Shown one piece after another: positions 30,527 to 37,860 of a stretch of 37,860 nucleotides of DNA. The translations under genes and the position numbers were made by a program. The stretch lies in assembly GCA_051747805.1 (NCBI GenBank), contig JBNJGP010000015.1, positions 1 to 37,860 of the forward strand. Direction: 5' to 3'. The notes under the pieces were generated by a model. That model saw only the letters and a list, made by a program, of their open reading frames with translations, made no database searches and had not been told where the DNA came from. Positions within the stretch are counted from its first letter, which is position 1; every line of letters starts with the position of its first letter. The stretch is from Candidatus Muiribacteriota bacterium. GTDB taxonomy: Bacteria; Muiribacteriota; Muiribacteriia; Muiribacteriales; Muiribacteriaceae.

Positions 30527-31080
30527 ACCTTCATTATATCTTCTTCTTTAGCCTTTGAGGCTTTAGTAATCTGTTCTGTAAAATCATCTGTAATTTTTTG
30601 TACTTCGTCCTGAGCTTTCTTCAAATCATCTTCTGTTATATCGCTACTTTTTTCCATTTCTTTCAGAAGCTCATTTTTTTCTCTTCTAATATTTCTAACT
30701 GCCACTTTAGCCTCTTCTTCTTTCTTTTTAACTGTTTTCACAAGGTCTTTTCTTCTTTCTTCAGTAAGTTGCGGGAAAACAAGTCTTATAACATTACCAT
30801 CGTTATTTGGTGTTATTCCAATATCTGAGGCAAGTATCGCCTTCTCGATATCGGAAGCAGCTGATTTATCATAAGGTTGAATTAACAGCATTCTTGGTTC
30901 AGGTGCGCCTATAGAAGCAAGCTGATTCAAAGGTGTCGGTGCTCCATAATAATCAACCCTGATTTTTTCTAGAAGATGAGGATTTGCTCTTCCCGTTCTA
31001 AGCATGGAATATTCAGATAAAAGATTATCAAGAGACTTCTTCATATGTTCTTTTGTTTCTTTATAAATATCGTTTAACAT
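30523..31080 (-). CDS. frr: Ribosome recycling factor
   Basis: [46 protein letters not shown]. Confidence 0.98.
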   Translation of the reverse strand: MLNDIYKETKEHMKKSLDNLLSEYSMLRTGRANPHLLEKIRVDYYGAPTPLNQLASIGAPEPRMLLIQPYDKSAASDIEKAILASDIGITPNNDGNVIRLVFPQLTEERRKDLVKTVKKKEEEAKVAVRNIRREKNELLKEMEKSSDITEDDLKKAQDEVQKITDDFTEQITKASKAKEEDIMKV

Positions 31081-31098
31081 AAAATCCTCCTAAAAAAG

Positions 31099-31698
31099 TT
31101 ACTTTTCACCAATTGCCATTCTGGAAAAACGGTTAATCACTATATTTTCGCCTAATTTTCCGATTCTGTCAGTTAATACTTCCTCAATAGTTTTTGTATC
31201 ATCTTTAACATATTTCTGATGAAGAAGAACATTTTCAGTGAAGAATTTTTGAATTCTGCCTTCAACTATTTTTTCAACAATATTTTCAGGTTTATTTTCT
31301 TTTGCAATTTGAGCCTTAATAATCTCTTTTTCTTTATCAATAATATCTTCAGGAATTTCATCCACTCTTACATAAGAAGGACTGGCAGCAGCAATATGCA
31401 TTGCAACATCCTTTGTAAGTTCTTTAAACTCATCTGTTTTTGCCACAAAATCTGTTTCACAGTTTATTTCTACAAGCACGCCAATTTTGCCATTATGATG
31501 AACATAAGTGCCAATATTACCTTCAGTAGCCGCTCTACCAGCTTTCTTAGCCGCTTTTGATAATCCTTTTTTCCTTAAATGTTCAATAGCTTTATCAAAA
31601 TTTCCCTCTGTTTCAGTAAGTGCTTTTTTACAATCCATCATTCCCGCACCAGTTTTTTCTCTTAGTTCTTTAACCATACCTGCACTAACACTAGCCAT
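31099..31698 (-). CDS. tsf: Elongation factor Ts (short, ~200-aa form)
   Basis: VKELREKTGAGMMDCKKAL, E.NCETDFVA, AMHIAA..P. Confidence 0.97.
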   Translation of the reverse strand: MASVSAGMVKELREKTGAGMMDCKKALTETEGNFDKAIEHLRKKGLSKAAKKAGRAATEGNIGTYVHHNGKIGVLVEINCETDFVAKTDEFKELTKDVAMHIAAASPSYVRVDEIPEDIIDKEKEIIKAQIAKENKPENIVEKIVEGRIQKFFTENVLLHQKYVKDDTKTIEEVLTDRIGKLGENIVINRFSRMAIGEK

Positions 31699-31702
31699 TT
31701 TT

Positions 31703-32464
31703 TTATTCCTCCTCTTTACTGGAATCTTCTTTTTTCACTTCATCTTTATTTTCTTCTTCGAGTTTTTCTTCTTCAAGCTGCGCACCCTGATTTCCTTCAA
31801 TTGATGCATTTGCAATAATTGAAGAAAAAAGTTTAATCGCCCTGATAGCATCATCATTTCCAGGTATCGGAAAACTGATATATTCAGGGTCAACATTTGT
31901 ATCAACAATAGCTACAATTGGAATTCCAAGTTTTAAAGCCTCAAGATAGGCGATTTCTTCTCTTTTTATATCAACAATAAAAAGAGCCTGTGGAAGTTTT
32001 TCCATATCTTTAATTCCACCAAGAAATTTTTCTAATTTTTCTTTTTCTTTCATCATTTTCACGCGTTCTTTTTTAGTATATTTTTCAATTGTACCATCTT
32101 CTTCCATCTGTTCAATATTTTTTAGTCTCTGAATTCTTGTTTTTATAACCTTGAAATTTGTTAGCGTTCCACCAAGCCATCTGTGATTAACATAGTACAT
32201 TCCACATCTTTTTGCTTCTCTTTTAAGGTTTTCTGCGGCCTGCTTTTTAGTTCCCACAAAAAGAACTTTTCCTCCGTCGGCAACCAGGTTCTTAATAAAG
32301 ATATACGCCTGTTTTGTCATTTTTAAGGTTTTTTGAAGGTCAATTATATAAATACCATTTCTTTCGGTAAATATATATTCCTTCATTTTAGGATTCCATC
32401 TTTTGGTTTGATGTCCAAAATGAACTCCTGCCTCAAGTAGTTGTTTCATTGAAATTATAGCCAT
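31703..32464 (-). CDS. rpsB: 30S ribosomal protein S2
   Basis: [49 protein letters not shown]. Confidence 0.98.
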   Translation of the reverse strand: MAIISMKQLLEAGVHFGHQTKRWNPKMKEYIFTERNGIYIIDLQKTLKMTKQAYIFIKNLVADGGKVLFVGTKKQAAENLKREAKRCGMYYVNHRWLGGTLTNFKVIKTRIQRLKNIEQMEEDGTIEKYTKKERVKMMKEKEKLEKFLGGIKDMEKLPQALFIVDIKREEIAYLEALKLGIPIVAIVDTNVDPEYISFPIPGNDDAIRAIKLFSSIIANASIEGNQGAQLEEEKLEEENKDEVKKEDSSKEEE

Positions 32465-32477
32465 ATTTCCTCCAAAA

Positions 32478-32575
32478 TTTTGTTTATCCCTCCCTGGCTT
32501 TAAGCCAAACCCAAAAAATTCATTTAAAAATAAAATTTTTCAACAAGGTTTTCCAATCAACACCAGGTGCGATGT
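32478..32575 (-). promoter_or_regulatory. Putative S2 (rpsB) autoregulatory leader RNA
   Basis: Closing stem GCACCUGG...CCAGG followed by GAGGGAUAAACAAA resembles the conserved rpsB-leader pattern (CAC...GG-AGG...AAAC); boundaries approximate. Confidence 0.55.
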
Positions 32576-32585
32576 AATGAAAATA

Positions 32586-32614
32586 AAAGTATCATATATG
32601 TCTAAATATTTCAA
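32586..32614 (-). promoter_or_regulatory. Putative sigma-70 promoter for rpsB-tsf
   Basis: TTGAAA (32614-32609), 17-bp spacer, TACTTT (32591-32586) preceded by TGn. Confidence 0.5.
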
Positions 32615-32722
32615 AAAAATAGGTTACCGGTTTAAGAGCAGTTATTGTTGCTAAAGCAACAAGTTATTGATTTTAAAAAAATCAAGTAAATAAATTCAAA
32701 AAGTTTTAATTAATATAAATAA

Positions 32723-32884
32723 TGTCATACCGGGCTCGACCCGGTATCTCGATTTAAAGTAAGTGTTGGGGCTAGTGATGACTAAAACATGCTTAGGGCA
32801 TTATCAAATGCAAATTCAAAAACAAAATCTAAGGCTGAATCTAAAACAAGGTCCCTGGATACTGGAACGGAGTCCAGTATGACA
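32723..32884. repeat. Inverted doublet of GTCA-type REP-like palindromes (REPIN/MITE-like)
   Basis: Left TGTC-ATACCGGG-CTCGA-CCCGGTAT-CTC (32723-32750); right, reverse-complemented, TGTC-ATACTGGA-CTCCGT-TCCAGTAT-CC (32884-32857). Confidence 0.75.
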
Positions 32885-32962
32885 GAGCAGGAGCAAAAAA
32901 CAAAGATTATTTGCAGAAATACAAAAGTTAAAATATAGCTTTTGTTTGAAACACGTTTTTAT

Positions 32963-33041
32963 CGTCACTAAAACCCGTAAGGGTTTGGTCACTAACGAGC
33001 TTTAGCGAGTGGTCACTAGAAATCGCAGATTTCGGTCACTG
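32963..33041. repeat. Mini-array of four (G)GTCACT(A) repeats with 15-16-nt unique spacers
   Basis: GTCACT at 32964, 32988, 33012 and 33035 (period 24, 24, 23). Confidence 0.8.
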
Positions 33042-33057
33042 TTTTTAAATATTTCCT

Positions 33058-33612
33058 TTAAGAATTAAAATAATTATTTAAAAGATTCAAGTTGGTTTTT
33101 TTAGAACTTGAAATAAAAATATTTGGATATGATTTTTCAAAACATGACAAAACTTTCTTTTTCTGCTTAATAAGCTTATTTTTAGGGTATTTATCAATTT
33201 TATTAAAAAGCAAAACAAAATTCCTGCCAATATACTCAAGCCATTCAATAAAAATCAAATCAGATTCCTTTGGCCCCACCCTAATATCCATAATTATAAA
33301 AACGCATTTAAGCTCAGGACTTTCGACAAGATATTGTTCGCATTTTTTCGAAAAAATTTTTTTTCTACTTCCGCTTTGTTTAGCGTATCCATAACCAGGT
33401 AAATCTACAAGATAAAACTTATTGTTTATTTTAATTCGATTAACTCCCACAGTAACACCCGGTTTTTTACCGGACCTTGCTATTTTGCGATTAGTCAGGG
33501 CATTAATCAACGTGGATTTTCCCGCATTAGAGCGACCAGAAAAAGCATATTCAGGTAGCTTTAAAAAATCCGGGGTTCCACAGGAAATAAACTCTATATT
33601 ATTAATTTTCAT
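33058..33612 (-). CDS. engB: Ribosome biogenesis GTP-binding protein YihA/YsxC
   Basis: LPEYAFSGRSNAGKSTLIN.L, PG.T, LVDLPGYGYAK, D.R, NKIDK, SS. Confidence 0.93.
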   Translation of the reverse strand: MKINNIEFISCGTPDFLKLPEYAFSGRSNAGKSTLINALTNRKIARSGKKPGVTVGVNRIKINNKFYLVDLPGYGYAKQSGSRKKIFSKKCEQYLVESPELKCVFIIMDIRVGPKESDLIFIEWLEYIGRNFVLLFNKIDKYPKNKLIKQKKKVLSCFEKSYPNIFISSSKKTNLNLLNNYFNS

Positions 33613-36326
33613 TAGAAATTATCAAAATCCTCTTCTTTAATATTATGATACTTCATATCCAGCATATTAAAACCCCTTACCTCAAAGGGTGTTCTATTAA
33701 ATGGGTTAAATATTTTTTTTCTGGCATGAGGAGAATAAACCCCACCGCTTAAATAAGGAAGCCTTGATAAATCTGGCATATTCCTGAGATAAAGTTCACT
33801 GCCGTAAATCCTCTGTAAAATAACATCCCCATCCACATAACCCCAGGTTTTTCCGGGAGCAAGATCTGTAATATCACCCTCCGGCTTAGTATGTCTATAA
33901 TTACCAATTTCTTCGCGAATAACAGCCACCCTTCTAATTGTTTCTAACGCATCATAATCAGCAGATGATTCAATTTCTTCAATTAAATCCACTCTTACAT
34001 CCCATCTATGGGTACTGTTATCTTCATTTGCAGGAATTACTGGAGTTCCCCCTTCATAATGATTCGGAACAAGATCTCCCATAGAAATTCTTTTGGCATT
34101 AACAGTCATCTCAGGAATATAAAATTCATCCTCTGCAAAATTATCACCAGTAGTAAAGCTTTGACCAAACATACCCCCAACCCGAACTTTATCGTATAAT
34201 CTCTGAACAATACCATCCTGTTCTTCAGAACCATCTCCGCCCCAGTCGCTAGGTTTAAATTTACGAATAAAACCAATTGGCAGGGGTCCTTTTTCACCCC
34301 AGATTTTTTCCTGAATTAATTCGCGCATAACTTCATGCTCTAAAAGACCATTTTCTATCATAGAAGACATTTCCTGTAAAATAACTTCTGCAGTATCTTC
34401 GGGAACAAAAAGTGTATTAACTAGATAATTTGCAACACTTCCCTCATAAGAGGGGTCTGAAAAATATTCTTTTGTTAAAATTTCATCAGCATCAGAACCT
34501 GTATCAATTAAATCAAAAAGTCTGAACAAAACAGTCTGATCAACACCACCTGAAATTTGAGCATCAAACATATCTATATCCATATCTGAAGGATCTTCAG
34601 GCGAAAGAACTGAAAATTCATGAGCCGCCTCCCTGGTATTATCATCAACTTCAAGTATATTATAATTTCCTTCACCATCATCTTCAAATTCTCTGTAAAG
34701 TTCCCTGTATATTTCATAATGAATAAATGGAATAATTTCATTTCTCGAAAATTTGCGTGGGTCTGTGTAATCAATCCAAACTCTGGTTTCAGAAATTATA
34801 TCAATATTCTGCCAGTATGCCCCGTGACCCGGGTTCATAGTTCGCCAGTTTTCATTACCTGTAATATAATCTTCCATTTCCTCATATTCCAGAAGTGATT
34901 TACTTTGATAATTCTGTTTAACAGGCTCGGGATTTTCTCCCGCCACAGTCATTGTTCCAGTAACCTGCCTCTGATTAAAATCACCCGCAATAAAAATATC
35001 TTTTTCAGAGTATATCATCATATCCCTGTCAGGATTACCCCATATTACAAGAGGAACTTCCGAATAAATCACACCATTAAAATCACCAGGTGGAGAAAAA
35101 GGAAGCTTATTGTCATCAGAAGGACCGAAATCGTCACTATTACTTAAATTCAAGGCAGCTTCCATCACCATTTCACCAAAATCAACCTTCATAACCTGAA
35201 ATTCAGAGTCATCCGGTCCGCCGAGGGTTTTGTAACGAGCTTCATAAGGGATTGGATAATGTTGCCAGTAAATATCAGAATTACTTTCTTCAATATAAAT
35301 ACCTGTTCCCTGGCCTTCCATATTTCCAAGAGCAAGTGCTTTATAATAATTTTTTAACCCTTCATAATCTATATCATAATCCCTGCCTCCAGTATATCTG
35401 TCCTTGAACAGATTACCAAACTTATTTTCTCCCTTTAAAATTTCCTGCTCCTGCTCCTCATCTGCGGCAGAGTCTGATTCAACCTCTTTTATTTTTGTAT
35501 TAATTTTTGTGTAATCACTACCTATAGCAACCCCGTTTAAAGTATTTCTGGTAACAGAAACCCGCTCTTTATCAGATGGAGCCATTGCAATCAGTCCATT
35601 AGTTCCTGTTGAGATTGAAGGATTATTACTTAAATGAAGCGGAGGCCCTTCAGACCCGGCGGAGTTTTTTTGAGTTCCTAAAAGAACCTGTTCTTTACCA
35701 TATATTTCACCATCAGCCAGAACAATTTCTTCCTGACTGCCAGAACCTACACCAAAGGCTAAAAGTTGGTACTTGCCATCATATAAAATATATTTATTAG
35801 CATATGCTATCTGAATTATTGCCTCAATTTTCCTGTATGTATCATTAAATTTAGATACCACCTGAACCATATTAAAAATATTAGATTCATCAACAGTTGT
35901 AGTTAATGGATTATCCCCGGATCTTATACGGGCAGACTTGACTTTGAACTCAGCGTCGAAGTTATCAGAATCCATTATCTTCATTTTACCTGTATATTCA
36001 CCAGTTCCGGGTTCGTTTATTTCAAATCTATCATTTCCTTCTATATAATTAGAAATATCACTTCTTGGCGTGGTAAAATTAAAAGTTCCATCAGCCTGAA
36101 CTTCTGCTGTATCATGAGTTCCCCATTCAAAATTAGTGTTTATTTCATGAACTGCGGCATTCAATCCTGCTTCTGCAACAAGATAGGTAATATAGGCTTC
36201 TGATTCATAATCTACAATAAATGCCTGTTGGTCCTGAAACATCTGCACGACAACAATTAAATTAAAAATAACAAGAGCAATAAATACAACATATAAATAG
36301 GCAAGTCCTCTTTTTTTCAAAATCAT
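33612..36326 (-). CDS. Large PilX/GspK-like protein with prepilin-type N-terminus and uncharacterised acidic C-terminal region
   Basis: KKRG|LAYLYVV hydrophobic helix lacking Glu5, then 'YLVAEAGLNAAV' PilX-type motif; follows two prepilin genes. Confidence 0.65.
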   Translation of the reverse strand: MILKKRGLAYLYVVFIALVIFNLIVVVQMFQDQQAFIVDYESEAYITYLVAEAGLNAAVHEINTNFEWGTHDTAEVQADGTFNFTTPRSDISNYIEGNDRFEINEPGTGEYTGKMKIMDSDNFDAEFKVKSARIRSGDNPLTTTVDESNIFNMVQVVSKFNDTYRKIEAIIQIAYANKYILYDGKYQLLAFGVGSGSQEEIVLADGEIYGKEQVLLGTQKNSAGSEGPPLHLSNNPSISTGTNGLIAMAPSDKERVSVTRNTLNGVAIGSDYTKINTKIKEVESDSAADEEQEQEILKGENKFGNLFKDRYTGGRDYDIDYEGLKNYYKALALGNMEGQGTGIYIEESNSDIYWQHYPIPYEARYKTLGGPDDSEFQVMKVDFGEMVMEAALNLSNSDDFGPSDDNKLPFSPPGDFNGVIYSEVPLVIWGNPDRDMMIYSEKDIFIAGDFNQRQVTGTMTVAGENPEPVKQNYQSKSLLEYEEMEDYITGNENWRTMNPGHGAYWQNIDIISETRVWIDYTDPRKFSRNEIIPFIHYEIYRELYREFEDDGEGNYNILEVDDNTREAAHEFSVLSPEDPSDMDIDMFDAQISGGVDQTVLFRLFDLIDTGSDADEILTKEYFSDPSYEGSVANYLVNTLFVPEDTAEVILQEMSSMIENGLLEHEVMRELIQEKIWGEKGPLPIGFIRKFKPSDWGGDGSEEQDGIVQRLYDKVRVGGMFGQSFTTGDNFAEDEFYIPEMTVNAKRISMGDLVPNHYEGGTPVIPANEDNSTHRWDVRVDLIEEIESSADYDALETIRRVAVIREEIGNYRHTKPEGDITDLAPGKTWGYVDGDVILQRIYGSELYLRNMPDLSRLPYLSGGVYSPHARKKIFNPFNRTPFEVRGFNMLDMKYHNIKEEDFDNF

Positions 36327-37048
36327 TCCCAGTCCCCCCCTAAAAATGCTCCTTTTGAGTATACATACGTGGAGAGCTCAACTTCAAAACCAGATAACTC
36401 ATCAAAGTCAGCGACATTCATTATTTTAGCGTCCTCTTCTCGGTAACTTTTCAGCACAAGATTAATAATTACATTATCAGCCGATATCCCCCCTTCTACC
36501 GGTAATTTCAAAGTTTCAGGTGAGATATTTGAAAATTTCAGGGTTTCTCTTTTAAAAGTAATACTTTTGGCATCACGGTTTAATATTTCTTTTTCATCAA
36601 GTTGATTTCCGTCCTCATCAACACCCTCTAAATGTCTTACAAGAAGTTTTAAATCTTTATATTTTTCCTTTTTCCAGTTTTCATCAGGTCCATACTCAGG
36701 TTCCTCAAGATAGTATGAAATCTTTAGATTTTCAAAATATACTGGGGATTCCTCGTAATCGGGGGTATTTTCAGGTGGTCTGTTGAAATCTATCATATGC
36801 TTCACCATAACAAGTTTATCTTTGGGTTCACCGGTAGGACCGGGCATTATAAGATGATTTGCATTTCTTATATCTCTTCTCATTCTAATCATTGCATTTC
36901 TGCCCCTGTCCACAATTGTTAAGGCATCTATTTCTTTTCTATAAGCATTTGTCCCGGTTAAAAAAACATTGTTAACAATTGTAAGAAGAATACCTAAAAG
37001 AGCAAGTGCTATTATTATTTCAACAAGTGTAAAGCCACGTTTTTTCAA
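36323..37048 (-). CDS. Prepilin-type (PilW/GspJ-like) minor pilin
   Basis: KKRG|FTLVEIIIAL class III signal, RMRRDIRNA motif; TTG start at 37048 after SD GGGAGGT. Confidence 0.85.
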   Translation of the reverse strand: MKKRGFTLVEIIIALALLGILLTIVNNVFLTGTNAYRKEIDALTIVDRGRNAMIRMRRDIRNANHLIMPGPTGEPKDKLVMVKHMIDFNRPPENTPDYEESPVYFENLKISYYLEEPEYGPDENWKKEKYKDLKLLVRHLEGVDEDGNQLDEKEILNRDAKSITFKRETLKFSNISPETLKLPVEGGISADNVIINLVLKSYREEDAKIMNVADFDELSGFEVELSTYVYSKGAFLGGDWE

Positions 37049-37053
37049 AAAAA

Positions 37054-37581
37054 TTACCTCCCGATAACAGTGGACGCAGAATAAGAAATATTCTTTGTGC
37101 CGCTTTTCCATGTTACGGTCACATGAACTGATTTTAAGTTAACTTTTTCTATGGATTCCCCTCTGGGTTTAACTTCATTTATTTCGACATCTCTTGTATA
37201 CCATACACCCTGTATTTTTGCTGCGCGCCAGTAAAGGTCATCGTCATCATCGGCCACATTTAAATCTGAGATATCTGCAGGTCCGTCATAATCTGAAGTA
37301 TCATCTGTTCCTGGTCTTACTCCTGTTTGAAACGCACTTTCTAAAAAAAACTCTTCATCAAACCCAAGGTCGCCTGAATCATCTTTATCAAGGAGCTCAA
37401 AATGATAGGATTTACATGCTTCTAATGCCTCCTGAACTAGAAGTATTGCTACATTATAGTTTGAAATTTTCTGAATATTACGTGTGCTGTTTACAAGGTG
37501 TGCAGCATAGGGAATTACCACGAGAGCAAAGAAAAAGAGGGCTATCATGATTTCTGTAACTGTAAAGCCTTTTTTATTCAT
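37054..37581 (-). CDS. Prepilin-type (PilV/GspI-like) minor pilin
   Basis: KKG|FTVTEIMIAL, A..L.QE.LE, C-terminal 'YTRDVEI...LKSVHVTVTW'; SD AAGGA. Confidence 0.85.
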   Translation of the reverse strand: MNKKGFTVTEIMIALFFFALVVIPYAAHLVNSTRNIQKISNYNVAILLVQEALEACKSYHFELLDKDDSGDLGFDEEFFLESAFQTGVRPGTDDTSDYDGPADISDLNVADDDDDLYWRAAKIQGVWYTRDVEINEVKPRGESIEKVNLKSVHVTVTWKSGTKNISYSASTVIGR

Positions 37582-37815
37582 TTAAATTCCTTTTTTTAAT
37601 ATTTTTCGCAAAACATATACTAAAATCAAAAACTAATTATCTTTCAATTATAAAATATATTTAATTTTTTTTCAAATTAACTGATGAATACACAGCAATT
37701 CTCAATAATTCTTAGAAACAGAACGGGGTCTGAGCCGAGCTCAAATTTAAGCTTGATTTTGTTTCGTAATAAATTTTAACTTTAATGTTTCTGTGAATAA
37801 TTTGCATGATTTTGA

Positions 37816-37860
37816 TGTCACCCCGGTCATGTATGGTTCCCTGCCTTCGCAGGGATGACA
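37816..37860. repeat. GTCA-type REP-like palindrome with a truncated partner, at the window end
   Basis: Reverse complement TGTCA-TCCCTGC-GAAG-GCAGGGA-ACCA (37860-37834), facing a partial TGTCACCCCGG at 37816. Confidence 0.7.

Noticed and set aside
32963..33041. CRISPR array
   Set aside because: An 8-nt repeat with 15-16-nt spacers is far below CRISPR dimensions, and no cas genes are present.
37049..37111. N-terminal extension of the PilW-like ORF (start 37111)
   Set aside because: It overlaps the upstream pilin gene; a strong SD precedes TTG 37048, which gives a normal short prepilin leader.
477..37550. All plus-strand ORFs and the short alternative-frame minus-strand ORFs in the track
   Set aside because: Each overlaps a well-supported minus-strand gene and has no recognisable motif.
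37607..37623. Sigma-54 promoter for the pilin genes (TAGTATATGTTTTGC)
   Set aside because: Spacing fits, but the invariant -24 GG is AG.

Overview
AT-rich bacterial chromosomal segment in which every credible gene lies on the minus strand. In transcription order (high to low coordinate): three type IV minor-pilin-like genes (PilV/PilW/PilX-like, the last 904 aa) and engB; a ~590-bp repeat-rich spacer; rpsB-tsf-frr-uppS-cdsA-rseP-proS; a secreted hypothetical protein; a lone etfB; a sensor-less sigma-54 activator; mltG; hydE; tkt with terminator; the dcw cluster (mraZ-rsmH-ftsL-ftsI-murE-murF-mraY-murD-ftsW-murB-ftsQ-ftsA-ftsZ, without murG/murC/ddl); tRNA-Val-Asp-Phe-Cys; and a DUF512 radical SAM gene, der, plsY, gpsA and a truncated VanW-family gene. 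The most unusual signals are non-coding. (1) A 104-nt, G-U-rich structured RNA lies between the MraZ operator and the mraZ start, splits the ribosome-binding site and carries a small uORF. (2) A 24-bp-period GGTCACTA mini-array with unique hairpin spacers sits beside a GTCA-type REP doublet. (3) An A11 tract puts the only good ftsI start codon out of frame. (4) etfB is separated from the sigma-54 activator by a single in-frame stop. All calls come from motif recognition by eye; no searches were run.
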